Below, in pieces: positions 19,787 to 30,756 of a stretch of 64,000 bases of DNA. Made by a program: the position numbers and the translations under genes. Source of the DNA: a virus; UHGV virus genome UHGV-0171999; one strand, 5' to 3'. Under the pieces are notes generated by a model, which worked only from the letters and a program-made list of their open reading frames with translations, did no database searches and was not told the origin of the DNA. The stretch's first letter is position 1; every line of letters starts with the position of its first letter.

Positions 19787-19935
19787 GTCATAATCTTGAA
19801 ATGGTAATCGAGCATAATGTAGCTCAGGAACGTGAGTCGTTCAAGGAATTCGTAGAAAAAATTTTTGAAGAAAATAACACAGACCAGTTTACAAATCAAG
19901 CGTCCGATGATATTATAACAAAGTCAACTAATTGA
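19783..19935 (+). CDS. hypothetical acidic peptide, 50 aa
   Basis: ATGA overlap with arn stop; ends 12 nt before asiA. Confidence 0.4.
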   Translation: MSHNLEMVIEHNVAQERESFKEFVEKIFEENNTDQFTNQASDDIITKSTN

Positions 19936-19947
19936 GTGGTATAGTTA

Positions 19948-20220
19948 ATGAATAAAAATATTGATACAGTTCGTGAAATTATTACTGTTGCGTCTATTTT
20001 GATTAAATTTTCCAGAGAAGATATTGTTGAGAATCGTGCTAATTTTATTGCATTTCTGAATGAGATTGGAGTAACGCATGAAGGTAGAAAGTTAAATCAG
20101 AATTCATTCCGTAAAATTGTTTCTGAATTAACTCAAGAAGATAAGAAAACCCTCATCGACGAATTCAACGAGGGTTTTGAGGGTGTATATCGATATCTAG
20201 AGATGTATACAAACAAATAA
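19948..20220 (+). CDS. asiA: anti-sigma-70 factor AsiA, 90 aa
   Basis: Length and N-terminus MNKNIDTVREIITVASILIKF match T4 AsiA. Confidence 0.95.
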   Translation: MNKNIDTVREIITVASILIKFSREDIVENRANFIAFLNEIGVTHEGRKLNQNSFRKIVSELTQEDKKTLIDEFNEGFEGVYRYLEMYTNK

Positions 20221-20877
20221 TTATTTAGCCCTTCCTAATATTCTGGCCGCCTGAGAACATATTGATTCAAGGCGGTCATTACTTATATGATCATTTCTAT
20301 ACCAGTACATGGTTATTGTTCCAGCATAGATATTATCCAAATTAAAATATGGACAACTGTACATGTAATTTATTTCGGGAGTAGGCTTTTTGGTTGGTAA
20401 AAAAGCAAATTTTGAGTCGGAATAATAATGACGTCCATTTAAATGAACTGCATATTCATCCATAGTTTTATCAACAGGATATCCTCCAAGTGATTTTTCA
20501 CTTATTGTTGAAGGTAATTTTCCTTCATATGCTATAATATCAACAAAATAGTTTAAGTTTTTAGGGCGGAAAGAATACACCGCACTAAAGTCTGCCTCAG
20601 ATGATATATGAACTATCTGGAGTTGTTCCAGGGCGACAGATTCAAAGCGTGCATTTCTTTCCTTTTCAATAATTTCACTGTATGTTTCATACTTTGATTG
20701 CTTATAGTACTCAAAGAAACTATCTCCCCTATACCAAACAATCGCCATTATAAACAAAAGAATTACGACAGCTACCCGGGAAGCAAGAACCTTCCCGGTA
20801 GCGTTATCTTTGAACAAGCGATCTAGAACACCAAACAGAATATCAGAGGGCGAAAATGATATTCTAGGTGCTGCCAT
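20221..20877 (-). CDS. t: holin T, 218 aa
   Basis: Length, single TM segment VAVVILLFIMAIVWY and large periplasmic domain match T4 holin; directly follows gene 38. Confidence 0.93.
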   Translation of the reverse strand: MAAPRISFSPSDILFGVLDRLFKDNATGKVLASRVAVVILLFIMAIVWYRGDSFFEYYKQSKYETYSEIIEKERNARFESVALEQLQIVHISSEADFSAVYSFRPKNLNYFVDIIAYEGKLPSTISEKSLGGYPVDKTMDEYAVHLNGRHYYSDSKFAFLPTKKPTPEINYMYSCPYFNLDNIYAGTITMYWYRNDHISNDRLESICSQAARILGRAK

Positions 20878-20894
20878 AGACCCTCCTTTTAAGA

Positions 20895-20902
20895 TATTTA
20901 TA
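20895..20902 (-). promoter_or_regulatory. T4 late promoter TATAAATA
   Basis: TATAAATA on the - strand 18 nt upstream of the t start codon, overlapping the gene 38 stop. Confidence 0.6.
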
Positions 20903-21449
20903 CGTAATGCTTGAATAGACGCTTATACCAAGGCTTCTGTTCTTTTTCAGGCCATGCAGGAAATTCACCACCTAAATGTTCATGTTTTTCTAAAAGAGCA
21001 AAGAACCGTTTAAGATTTCGGTGATAGAATTTTTCTTTTTTATTCGCGACAGAAGCTTCAATCATATTATTTAAAACTTGGAACTCTCTATATAATTCTT
21101 CAATTTTTCTATTACGAATTAAAACACATTTATATGTTTCGTCTTCTTTCCAGCCATCATCTGTCCATATATCAAACTCGCCAGGTTTATCGAAAGTTAT
21201 ACCGACCGGGCTTCCTATGTCAGTTATTAAGATTTCTTCTTTATTAAAAGTCCAAGCCCGTTTACCGCGATGGTCTTCTTCATAAATCCAATCCTGAGTG
21301 CGTTCATCAAATACAATTGCGTATCCTTCTTTAGGATCCAAAGGTTTTTTATTTGTTGAATGAGCAGGAAGACCAAGACCTTTAATCGGTTTGTAATTTT
21401 CTTCTTTGTAAAATTCTTTCGTGTCAAAATAATAATGATAGATTTTCAT
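20898..21449 (-). CDS. 38: tail fibre assembly chaperone gp38 (T4-type), 183 aa
   Basis: 183-aa protein lacking the Gly-rich adhesin segments of T2-type gp38; downstream of gene 37. Confidence 0.88.
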   Translation of the reverse strand: MKIYHYYFDTKEFYKEENYKPIKGLGLPAHSTNKKPLDPKEGYAIVFDERTQDWIYEEDHRGKRAWTFNKEEILITDIGSPVGITFDKPGEFDIWTDDGWKEDETYKCVLIRNRKIEELYREFQVLNNMIEASVANKKEKFYHRNLKRFFALLEKHEHLGGEFPAWPEKEQKPWYKRLFKHYV

Positions 21450-21455
21450 ATTAGA

Positions 21456-21471
21456 AGGGGCCGAAGCCCCT
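21456..21471 (-). terminator. GC hairpin between genes 37 and 38
   Basis: AGGGGCCGAAGCCCCT palindromic hairpin in the 26-bp intergenic gap. Confidence 0.4.
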
Positions 21472-21475
21472 CTCC

Positions 21476-24400
21476 TTATGCTAAACGAACGATATAGTTA
21501 AAAGCAATGTTTTTAACTGTGTTTTCTGTATTACCTGTACTATTTACAGTAATCGTATGGCCATGAGCAGCAATAGAAAACGTGTGAGTATGTGAACCTA
21601 TAGCCACTGTATGGTTATGTGTACCGATATCAGTATAGTGACTATGTTCTGGAGCGACTGATGTAGTACCTGACCACGTGTGTGAGTGTAAACCATCCTC
21701 GTTCGTCCATGCCGTTGCTGACTGACCGGAATTGGATGCTGCAAATCTACCGGACTGAACGTTAGAGTTGTTACCAAGTGAAGCAGTGTGTGCGTGCCTA
21801 CCGTCAGTACTCGTTGTACCGGATACTGTATGAATATGTGCACCAGCGGTGTTAGTATGTTTACGGCCTAGATCTGTTGTACTAACAGTTTTAGTCCCTA
21901 AATCAGTAGCGCTTGTAGTACCAGACAAAGCAGTAGTGGATGCTGAAGCAATATGGGTATGGGACTTAATACCATCAGCTTCAGCACTCAACACTGTGCG
22001 ACCGCTCGGTTTACCCTTAATAGTCTGCCCTCGCATATCAGGAATAACGCCACTAGGATACGCAGCAGCTAGCTTTGGATATGCAGACTTATCAAAGGTC
22101 TGGCCTTCCATTAAAGCAAATCCATCTGGAATTGAATCTCTCGGCCATGGAATCGGAGCACCGACAGGATAAGGTATCTGAGCATCTGAATACATCTTAT
22201 ACACTTGTCCAAGTATATGGTCCGCAGGTAATTCTTCTACTGGTGATTGAGATGCACCATTAAGACCGATTATCGAAATATTACTAGTGTTATCCGTAGT
22301 ATCATATTCGACTATAAGTTTGTTTGAAAAAGTACCTGAGTATAGATAAATATCGTAGTCGTCACCAGAAGTATTAACTGTTGCTATATTAGTAAATCCG
22401 CTGCTTGTACGACCCCATAAGGTGGCATTAATAGCTTTAGGGCTATTATTACCAGTCCTAAGAACTATTTCAGTAATTGTGGCCTGTTCAGGTGTATTAG
22501 CATTATACCCATTTCCACCGATAATTTTGAAACTTGCAGTAGATGTAGATTGTGGCATTGTTACAGTAGCGAATTTGTACCAGTACTGGCCTACTACTTT
22601 ACTAGCACCAGTCCAAGTGCCAACATTAACTTTGCGGTTTAATGTTGTATTCAGGTTAGAAAAATTGTCAGAACCACCGGTGATATTACCGTCAGTTCCT
22701 AGTTTGACATTTCCAACTTTAAGAGGTTTAGTGATTGATACTAAATTATTGCTTATAACAAGACCATGTCCATTATATTGACTATAAAGCGATAAATCAT
22801 TTCCAGCGCCACCAAGACCAACATACCAAGATCTAGTTCCATCTCTAGAACCCAGTAAATAATTAGCAGAAGATGAAGGAGAATCTAGAGTAAGCACTGC
22901 ATTAGGTGAATTAATAGTTACTGGACATATCATTTTAATAGTTTTAAGACTATTACTTACTTGTAATAATCCTGTACCAGATCCAGAATCTCCTAAATGA
23001 ACATCATGCGACATTTTAACTGTGCCGGTGTTCAGTTCTATTATCAATGGTCTAAGATTACTTATACCGCCCGATTCTCCGGCACCTTTAGGAGTCGGGA
23101 TAATATAAAAATTACTTTCTGAGCGACGGAAAATAGCACCGTATTCAGCATTCCAAATTCTTAATGCATCTGCTGTTCCACCAATTTTTACTTGGCCTGT
23201 AATGGAAGAACCACCTTGGACAAACAAACCGTTAGACATGGTAACATTGCCACCAAAAGAACCTGTACCAGAGGCACTTATATTTCCAAGCCCGACAATA
23301 TGTCCAGTTTCTACAGTACCATTAAATTTAAAATTAATAGGACCTACTGTTTGACCTGACGCAGGATTAGTACGTTGAGCGTAGAAATAATAACCTTGTC
23401 CGTCAGCTACTTCAAAAACTGTTTCACGATTACGATCGCCAGATGCGTTAAATGAATTACCCCACGCTTTAACAGTTACATAGCTTTTATTCTGACCAGC
23501 ACGAGTACCGCCTTCCCAAAGTATTTGTTTAGTACCATCAATACCTGAAGCTGCTTTAAAAATTAGAGAAGCGTTAGTTCCATCACTATTAAAATATAAT
23601 CCATTGTTAAGCTTTAATGTTTGAACAGAAGCGACGGTACCATCAGCACGCAAACTTAATGTATTTGAACCAGTTTTAATATCTAAAATACCCGGCTCAA
23701 CAATTAAACCTTCAGCCATTCCGACAGCCATACGACCCGTGCCACGGAAATAGTGATACATTTTAGAATTGCTGCTATAACCAATATGAGTCTGACCATC
23801 GCCGTTATTATTACCATCAATATCTGTGCGTGCAGTAAACATTGCTTGGTTGTTATTTGGGAAATCCCAAGTAGAACCGGAATCTCGACTATAACCAACC
23901 ATCAATTTTTTAGTACTATTAATACCATTATTCAAAATGGTAGCGGTTGAAATACCATTAGCCATTAGGTCAATAACGCCAGTACGAACCCATTTAAGTC
24001 CAGAAGCATTATCGCCAAGAGCTAAATACCTATCTCCCATTACCCCGGTATTTCCATAATCGCTTGACGGGTATCCTTCAGTCACAGTACCAATGGCCAA
24101 GCTATTGCGGATAATCATTCTACCGTCATTACGAATACCGTATAGTTTAAATAACGGTGTATTACCAGTCCACCAAGAAACTTCATCAGCTAGCCCAGTC
24201 TGAGCTGTACAAATTTCATGGTAAATAGTTCCACCTGATTTAGCGCGAACTTTACGAAGATAGTTTACTCCGTTAGTTTCACCGGTTCCAGGATAAACAT
24301 AGTTGACTAAAGATTGAGAATCATATTGTCCAAAGGCTTTAGAATCATGATTAATTAAATTAACACTAATAGTTGGTGTACTAATAGAAGTTAAAGCAGT

Positions 24401-24922
24401 TAATTTGCGTGCCTGGAAGATACCACCATCAGTAGAAATGAAATGAAATTCTGAATTTTGAGCTCCCGCAGCGGTTCCTTGGCGAACACGCATTGTAATT
24501 ACGCCTTCATTTTCAGACTGCGGTTTTGAATATAAAACGCCACGTTCTGAGCCATTTGTATTTTCAAACCAAAGATGGGCATTTGCAGTATCATTTATTG
24601 CTCTTGTATAAAATGAACCGGATATTGATCTGAATACTGTAGCAGAAACAATATTACTTGCCGTAATAAAGCCACTTGTAGAAAAATTTCCAAAGTTGTT
24701 TATTGGTCCATTGACGCGTAAAGTTCCATCAATAGTTACATTTCCATCAATTTGACCGCCTTTAGCAATACCTAGATCAATGATATTTCCTGAATCATCT
24801 TTAGTAAAAATTGTTCTATCTTTTAAGTTTATAGCCAATTCACCTTCGGCTAATACTGAAGCAGCAGGACGTGCACCTGCGGTTTTGCTTCTTTTAAATT
24901 GTATTTGTTTTAAAGTAGCCAT
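21476..24922 (-). CDS. 37: long tail fibre distal subunit gp37, 1148 aa
   Basis: Conserved N-terminus [21 protein letters not shown]; C-terminal HxH repeats (HTHT, HNHT, HGHT); longer than the 1026 aa I recall for T4. Confidence 0.92.
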   Translation of the reverse strand: MATLKQIQFKRSKTAGARPAASVLAEGELAINLKDRTIFTKDDSGNIIDLGIAKGGQIDGNVTIDGTLRVNGPINNFGNFSTSGFITASNIVSATVFRSISGSFYTRAINDTANAHLWFENTNGSERGVLYSKPQSENEGVITMRVRQGTAAGAQNSEFHFISTDGGIFQARKLTALTSISTPTISVNLINHDSKAFGQYDSQSLVNYVYPGTGETNGVNYLRKVRAKSGGTIYHEICTAQTGLADEVSWWTGNTPLFKLYGIRNDGRMIIRNSLAIGTVTEGYPSSDYGNTGVMGDRYLALGDNASGLKWVRTGVIDLMANGISTATILNNGINSTKKLMVGYSRDSGSTWDFPNNNQAMFTARTDIDGNNNGDGQTHIGYSSNSKMYHYFRGTGRMAVGMAEGLIVEPGILDIKTGSNTLSLRADGTVASVQTLKLNNGLYFNSDGTNASLIFKAASGIDGTKQILWEGGTRAGQNKSYVTVKAWGNSFNASGDRNRETVFEVADGQGYYFYAQRTNPASGQTVGPINFKFNGTVETGHIVGLGNISASGTGSFGGNVTMSNGLFVQGGSSITGQVKIGGTADALRIWNAEYGAIFRRSESNFYIIPTPKGAGESGGISNLRPLIIELNTGTVKMSHDVHLGDSGSGTGLLQVSNSLKTIKMICPVTINSPNAVLTLDSPSSSANYLLGSRDGTRSWYVGLGGAGNDLSLYSQYNGHGLVISNNLVSITKPLKVGNVKLGTDGNITGGSDNFSNLNTTLNRKVNVGTWTGASKVVGQYWYKFATVTMPQSTSTASFKIIGGNGYNANTPEQATITEIVLRTGNNSPKAINATLWGRTSSGFTNIATVNTSGDDYDIYLYSGTFSNKLIVEYDTTDNTSNISIIGLNGASQSPVEELPADHILGQVYKMYSDAQIPYPVGAPIPWPRDSIPDGFALMEGQTFDKSAYPKLAAAYPSGVIPDMRGQTIKGKPSGRTVLSAEADGIKSHTHIASASTTALSGTTSATDLGTKTVSTTDLGRKHTNTAGAHIHTVSGTTSTDGRHAHTASLGNNSNVQSGRFAASNSGQSATAWTNEDGLHSHTWSGTTSVAPEHSHYTDIGTHNHTVAIGSHTHTFSIAAHGHTITVNSTGNTENTVKNIAFNYIVRLA

Positions 24923-24930
24923 AAGTCCTC

Positions 24931-25596
24931 TTAATAATAGCCGAAATCTTGAACAGAATCCTTAATTACGATTTGGTCAAATCGCGGAACGTGAGAAGGT
25001 TGAGATGCAGGATTCTGTGAGAAAAAGTTTGGTGCGGTTAAGTTTCCAATCATAGTGTCACCAGATCGTAACACTCTAGAGTTTGCATTTGCCGTAACAG
25101 TATTTATTGCTCCATCAACATAGTCCTTTCTAGTAAGGTCATTCACTGCTATAGGAGCAGCCGCATCACTTCTTACTTGACCAGCCGCCGACACAACACC
25201 CTTTGTGCTAATATCACCATTACGTGTGTTAATTACCACAGTTCGGGCTGCTGAACCCTGTGATGATTTAAAACCAATACCATACCATGAAACAATATCA
25301 ATATTTGCTGTAGCAAAAGTAGCTGCATCGCCATTACCTGGATAAATACCACACGGGTTTGTATTGTTTACAGCATATGGTACTTGAACACCAGCATTAA
25401 ATGTTACCTTTGACGCAAAAGTACCACCATTAGCTTTAGAAACGAAATCGTTATCAACAGCTTGTGGTTTATTGTATTCTGAATATATTTTAAATGATTT
25501 ATAGAGTACATCGTCACCGGCCGGATTCAATGGAAAATTTCCTTGATGCCAAATGACAGAGCCTCCGGTTGTTGAACCTACTTTTAAATCAGCCAT
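24931..25596 (-). CDS. 36: long tail fibre distal connector gp36, 221 aa
   Basis: Length and position between genes 35 and 37. Confidence 0.9.
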   Translation of the reverse strand: MADLKVGSTTGGSVIWHQGNFPLNPAGDDVLYKSFKIYSEYNKPQAVDNDFVSKANGGTFASKVTFNAGVQVPYAVNNTNPCGIYPGNGDAATFATANIDIVSWYGIGFKSSQGSAARTVVINTRNGDISTKGVVSAAGQVRSDAAAPIAVNDLTRKDYVDGAINTVTANANSRVLRSGDTMIGNLTAPNFFSQNPASQPSHVPRFDQIVIKDSVQDFGYY

Positions 25597-25619
25597 TGTA
25601 TGCCCCTTTATTTTAATAG

Positions 25620-25627
25620 TATTTATA
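25620..25627 (-). promoter_or_regulatory. T4 late promoter TATAAATA upstream of gene 36
   Basis: TATAAATA on the - strand 24 nt upstream of the gene 36 start; preceded by a hairpin at 25635-25654. Confidence 0.6.
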
Positions 25628-25658
25628 AAGAAAAAGGGAACCCGAAGGCTCCCTCAAT

Positions 25659-26774
25659 TTATACTTCTCTAAATTCTTGCCCAAACACTTTACCAGTTTT
25701 AGACGATGCTTGCGTAGGAAGTACCATTATATCCGGAGGTGAAGCAGATTCACAGATATAATTAACTCGAATACCGTTGACGCCAAATTCAGCAGGTTTT
25801 GAAATACCTCCATTTCTTGACACTTCAGAAAAACTTAAATTTCTCATGCCACCTTGACCGGCCTGTGCAGTTCTCTGTGCGTATATCGTAAATCCGACAG
25901 CGTTTTCTGGAACAACTACATAATCTTCCTTTAATTCCCAAGACCCAGCTTGTCCGGTAAACTCAGCTTGTGTTGAAGAAATATATCCATTCGATGCATT
26001 ATAAAAACGGATAGATATATTTGTAGTTCCAAGCGCAAGTAAATCAGCATCAGCATATAACTGAGCTTTAAGATAAAGAACATCACCAGGAATTAAATTA
26101 TAATCAGAGAGTTTACTTATAGCAGCTGAAGTTGGTAGACGTGCAATTTCGTTATTAGTTCCACCGACTGCTGACATAAATTGCTCAACGCTTTCGTATG
26201 TTCTTTTAGGAAATCCCGTAGCTCCAACGTCTTCTAAACTGTCAAATACAACATCTAAAATAGTTTGATAATCATCTGTGCTTTTTCTATTACTTAGTTT
26301 AACATGCTCTAATGCAATAGCTCTTTTAGAAGAAGTGTAAAAAGCAGCATACGATACGTCGAATCTTGACAATATAGAATCAGATGGAAAAGCAGACGTT
26401 CCTGCGGTTCTCAACCAAGATACTACTTCAGGAGGAAAATTAACCTTTCCGCTAGTTAATATAGCAACAAGTCTATTATTTGCCAAAGAATTCATGAAAC
26501 TAACAAAAGCAGCTGATGTAGTATCATTTGAAGTCGAAAAAGCATATGACTTACTATCAACTAATGCTCCGGTGGAAGGGTCAAAAACTCTTAGATGAAG
26601 TCCTGCGCTAAATGTTTGACTTCCAACAGGATTATCCTGAAATTTAACGTATGGTCCTGCCGTAGAAAGCGGGCAAGAACCCGCTATACTTATTTTATAT
26701 CTTACTGAATTACTTTCCGATAAAAATGGCGTTTGGACATATCCTTGTCCAAACTCTGCCATAAATTTTTCCAT
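25659..26774 (-). CDS. 35: long tail fibre hinge protein gp35, 371 aa
   Basis: Length and position between genes 34 and 36. Confidence 0.9.
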   Translation of the reverse strand: MEKFMAEFGQGYVQTPFLSESNSVRYKISIAGSCPLSTAGPYVKFQDNPVGSQTFSAGLHLRVFDPSTGALVDSKSYAFSTSNDTTSAAFVSFMNSLANNRLVAILTSGKVNFPPEVVSWLRTAGTSAFPSDSILSRFDVSYAAFYTSSKRAIALEHVKLSNRKSTDDYQTILDVVFDSLEDVGATGFPKRTYESVEQFMSAVGGTNNEIARLPTSAAISKLSDYNLIPGDVLYLKAQLYADADLLALGTTNISIRFYNASNGYISSTQAEFTGQAGSWELKEDYVVVPENAVGFTIYAQRTAQAGQGGMRNLSFSEVSRNGGISKPAEFGVNGIRVNYICESASPPDIMVLPTQASSKTGKVFGQEFREV

Positions 26775-26782
26775 AATACCTC

Positions 26783-29700
26783 TTATTCAACCCATTCAAA
26801 TTTAACCGTTTTATTCACTGGGTCAGGAATAATGCGAACATTACCAATTCGTAAGAAATCACGAATAGTAAGATTTCCCATTGTAGCATTATCAGATGGT
26901 AAAGCACCGATATCAGATGGTTGTGGAGGGTTACCTCCATCAAATACCTGAACAAAACTTGACCAAGAATTTTTGGTTTTCTGCCATGTACGTGTCCAGC
27001 GAGTGGTACGTGCTTCTGGGGTCGTTGGATAAGTAATCCAATCTTGGTAAAGCGAATCAAGTGTGTTACCAAACTGAGTCAATGTACCAGGAGATTTAAC
27101 TTCTTCACCACGTTCTAAGTACGGAAGTCCAGTCACTTCATTAGTTTTTTCAACCATTTTAAAATAACCTGGGAACTGGTTATAAGTAGCTGAATCATTA
27201 ATGTCAATTGACCAGAATCCTACAGTATCAGATGTTGGCGCACGGGTATATAAATCAGATGTTTTAGTACCTTGAGAACGAATTCTCGAGTTAACTGTTA
27301 AACCACCTGAATTTATAGTAGCACCTTTGGCAATGATTAAGCTTTCACCAATCGTTACTTGACCAGATGCATTATTAATAGCTAAAGGACGTAATCCATT
27401 AAATCCACCAGTCTGATCACCCGATGCAGTAAGCATAAAATAGGTGTTAGCAGCATCATTGCGAATAAAGAATCCATAATCGCCATTTATTGCTCTGAAA
27501 GCATTTGCAGACTTGCTGATGAATTCACCATTGGCTGTAACTGAACTACCAAATGTTGCAACGCCGTTCGCATTCAAAGAACCCGAAGCATTAACATTTA
27601 TTGGCATTACAGTACCATTGATACTAAACGTTATATTCCCAGCTTTATTGCGTTGAGAATAAAAGTGATTAGACGTTTCATCACCAACTTCAAATACAGT
27701 AGAACGTGTTGTATCTGAACCGCCACCAAACTGATTTCCCCAAACTCTGATAGTCATCGTCTGTACTGGGTTAGTTCCAGTCTGAGGTCCTTTCTCAAAA
27801 ATCAGACGAGTTGCCGTTCCAGTATTAGAAATAGTTAATGTGCTGTTTGCCGAAACTGAACCACCAAATGTAGCAGTACTAGATGATACAAGAGGGGCAC
27901 TCAGATTCGTTTGTTGGGTTAAGGTTAGTGAACCATTAACTGTCTGTGCAATATCCCTACGAATGAACTGGGATGAATCTAGACCATCCAATAAATTTGT
28001 ATCAGCAGCTTTTGCTTTTAACGGCAAATAATTTGCTAATACACGGTTTAATTCATATGGTGATACTGCATAGCTATTTTTCTCGTATAACTCTAAGTTC
28101 TGTGTAGAACCAACTGTATCATTACCGACGAATGTAATTGAACCAGATGAAGTTTTAACAAAACCTCTTATCGCCGTAGTAGCAGCCCATGTTGGTTCAG
28201 ACTGGACAATCCATTTTAAATTTTTTGGAGATATAGCAGTATTTGCTGACGTTCCAGCCACAGTTTCAGACTGAGTTGCAACTTTAATAACACCTTCTTG
28301 CGATTCGGTAGATTTAGTACCTAAAAGCTTTTTAGGAGTTATTAAAACATTATCTAATGTTCCTGCAGCAGCTTCAACTTGTGTAGCTACACGAAGTGTA
28401 CCACGCTGTGTCTCATTTGCTTCAAGAATATTAAGGGTATAATGGTCCCAGAGAGTTCCTGATTCAACTAATCCAGATAGAGCAACAACAGAAGTACGAT
28501 CAGTACTATTAAATCTAGTTTTAATTTTTAATGGTGTAGAGATACGAGTATCGTCGACGCCTGCGTCGAATTCAACTTGCGTAGCAATTTCAGCTATACC
28601 ACTTAAACTTTCAGTTGCTCTACGGTCATTTAAAGTTTTAGGAGTGACTGCACGAGTATAATCAGTTCCTGTATTAACTTCACTTTGCGTAGCAATTTCA
28701 ATTAAACCAATTCTTCCATCAGTTGATGTCTTTTTATGTAACGTTTCTGGCGTTACAACCGCATTTGCCCATCCTTCTTGGCTTTGTCCAGCAATTACTT
28801 CGCTTTCAACTGCTAAAATTACTGCACCTTGTTGCGTTGGAGTAGCTTTATACTGATCCAGTGCTTTAGGCGAAACAACTAAATTATTAGTGTTTTTATT
28901 ATAAACGTTTGTACCATTTAATTCACGGCTAGAAGCTGGAGTAGCACCTGCAGTAGATACAAAAGTTACAATACCAGATAATGATTCAGAACCCTGACGA
29001 GCTTGAAGCTTTTTAGGAGTGATGATTGTAGTATCATCAGTACCTGCATTAGTTTCCTGTTGCGTAGCAATTTCAGCAACACCTCTACGAGTTTCTGTAG
29101 CAGTTCTTTCATTCAGCTTTTTAGGAGTGATGATAATATCATCAGCAAAAGAGAATGTGGTGTTCTGATTCACTTGAGCAGTAGTTGCTATTCTTGCGAT
29201 ACCTCTACGAGTTTCTGTAGCAGTACGATTAGCTAATGTTTCTGGTGTAATTGCTAATTCTTTTTGCGGAGAATTTTCTAAATCAGCATTTGCTTGAGCT
29301 TGTGTAGCTAAAGCAATTACACCTAATCTTGCTCTAGTAGAATCATTTAAAGAATCAACTCTTTCTACGGTTGGAACGTTTTGCTGTACAACCCAATATT
29401 TTCCATCAGAATCTTCAATATAAGCAAGCTTTAAAACTGGTACATAATTAGTTTCACCATTAAAAACTAATTCTTGGACTGTAACCCATTCAGCTTCAGG
29501 TGGATATTCTGAACGTTTTGGGAATTGCAGCAATTGAACTGAAGAAGCAATTTTATCTTCACCGGCAGCTTTGATTTTAACTGTTTGTCCTTTTCTCATG
29601 TAATTCATGGAAATTTTAACAGTATCACCAACAGAAATATTAGTTGGAAGCTGAAGTTCAATCGTTTGAGTTGTTCCATTATTTGCACCAAATACCATAA

Positions 29701-30652
29701 CTTCTTCATTTGGACGAATGTTTGAATTAGTCGTTATGATACGTAAACGTGCTTTACTGTCCCCGTCAAACAATCTCCACAATTTTTCATTATCATCATA
29801 CATCAAGAAACCGTCAATTGATGTACGGCCTTCAATAGAATGAGTTCCATCTTCTTGTATTGAAGTAGTTTCATCGTATGTAGTAACAATTGTATGATAA
29901 AGTGGATTTAATTTGTCCAAATCGACGAAATTAATAATATCGCCGTGATTGGCAAATCTCGGAAGTTTAATATTAATCGGTGCAGCAGAAGTAAATCTAC
30001 GTACGATAAAATCATTAGATTGCGCTTGATAAGTATTTGCTGGTGTTACAACTACAGCTTCTCTACTATAATCAGCAACATACATTTGCCACAGACGATT
30101 ACTAAAAATTAAAACTAACTGTGACTTTGGATGAGTCATTAGTACTGAACGTACTTGCTGACCTCTGAAGTTTACAATACTTTGCACTGGAGCTACAATT
30201 AAAACTTGGTTAACTCCAGGTTTTCCTCCAATGTCTTGGAGAACGATAGTATCACCGTCAATTGGAGTAGATGGTAAAGTAAATGTAATATCATTACCAG
30301 CTGCAGTGTTAACCGAAATAGCTTCACCGGATTTTAATTGATATGAACCAGATGAGACTGTAATCCAGTTAGCATCGGTACGTAATGCTCTCCAGCGTCC
30401 GCTATTAAAAGCTCCTGCCGGTTTTGGAATATCATTTATAGCAGCCCAAAAGCGGTTATCATAAATGATTACAAAATCTTTTAAATATCCACGAGTTGGA
30501 TCATATTGCTGAACTGTGTTTTCTTGAATTAGGTAATCAACGTTAACACCGTCAGTTCCTACGGTACGATCAGCTAAAGCTACGTTGATTATTTTATCGC
30601 CACCTGCGTCCAGACCATCTTCTGCTCTGAACTTTCTTTTAATCTCGGCCAT
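26783..30652 (-). CDS. 34: long tail fibre proximal subunit gp34, 1289 aa
   Basis: Length matches T4 gp34; internal repeated ATQ-containing fibrous motifs. Confidence 0.95.
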   Translation of the reverse strand: MAEIKRKFRAEDGLDAGGDKIINVALADRTVGTDGVNVDYLIQENTVQQYDPTRGYLKDFVIIYDNRFWAAINDIPKPAGAFNSGRWRALRTDANWITVSSGSYQLKSGEAISVNTAAGNDITFTLPSTPIDGDTIVLQDIGGKPGVNQVLIVAPVQSIVNFRGQQVRSVLMTHPKSQLVLIFSNRLWQMYVADYSREAVVVTPANTYQAQSNDFIVRRFTSAAPINIKLPRFANHGDIINFVDLDKLNPLYHTIVTTYDETTSIQEDGTHSIEGRTSIDGFLMYDDNEKLWRLFDGDSKARLRIITTNSNIRPNEEVMVFGANNGTTQTIELQLPTNISVGDTVKISMNYMRKGQTVKIKAAGEDKIASSVQLLQFPKRSEYPPEAEWVTVQELVFNGETNYVPVLKLAYIEDSDGKYWVVQQNVPTVERVDSLNDSTRARLGVIALATQAQANADLENSPQKELAITPETLANRTATETRRGIARIATTAQVNQNTTFSFADDIIITPKKLNERTATETRRGVAEIATQQETNAGTDDTTIITPKKLQARQGSESLSGIVTFVSTAGATPASSRELNGTNVYNKNTNNLVVSPKALDQYKATPTQQGAVILAVESEVIAGQSQEGWANAVVTPETLHKKTSTDGRIGLIEIATQSEVNTGTDYTRAVTPKTLNDRRATESLSGIAEIATQVEFDAGVDDTRISTPLKIKTRFNSTDRTSVVALSGLVESGTLWDHYTLNILEANETQRGTLRVATQVEAAAGTLDNVLITPKKLLGTKSTESQEGVIKVATQSETVAGTSANTAISPKNLKWIVQSEPTWAATTAIRGFVKTSSGSITFVGNDTVGSTQNLELYEKNSYAVSPYELNRVLANYLPLKAKAADTNLLDGLDSSQFIRRDIAQTVNGSLTLTQQTNLSAPLVSSSTATFGGSVSANSTLTISNTGTATRLIFEKGPQTGTNPVQTMTIRVWGNQFGGGSDTTRSTVFEVGDETSNHFYSQRNKAGNITFSINGTVMPINVNASGSLNANGVATFGSSVTANGEFISKSANAFRAINGDYGFFIRNDAANTYFMLTASGDQTGGFNGLRPLAINNASGQVTIGESLIIAKGATINSGGLTVNSRIRSQGTKTSDLYTRAPTSDTVGFWSIDINDSATYNQFPGYFKMVEKTNEVTGLPYLERGEEVKSPGTLTQFGNTLDSLYQDWITYPTTPEARTTRWTRTWQKTKNSWSSFVQVFDGGNPPQPSDIGALPSDNATMGNLTIRDFLRIGNVRIIPDPVNKTVKFEWVE
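29081..29224 (-). repeat. in-frame coding direct repeat inside gene 34
   Basis: 24-nt string ACCTCTACGAGTTTCTGTAGCAGT occurs at 29081-29104 and 29201-29224, exactly 120 bp apart. Confidence 0.8.
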
Positions 30653-30686
30653 TCTCCCGGGCTCCTATTGTGTTTTCAATAATAAG

Positions 30687-30694
30687 TATTTATA
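30687..30694 (-). promoter_or_regulatory. T4 late promoter TATAAATA upstream of gene 34
   Basis: TATAAATA on the - strand about 35 nt upstream of the gene 34 start. Confidence 0.65.
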
Positions 30695-30756
30695 CTTGTT
30701 TACTTTAAGATTCGGATGGTATATAATAGAAATCTCACTAATTGAACGAGGTTCAT

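Noticed and set aside
21849-22781. Several + strand ORFs (107, 62, 119 aa) inside gene 37
   Set aside because: Antisense to a long, well-supported late gene; no start signals.
29003-29236. + strand 77-aa ORF with repeated STSFCSS inside gene 34
   Set aside because: Lies antisense within the tail fibre gene; its internal repetition simply mirrors the 120-bp-spaced coding repeat of gene 34.
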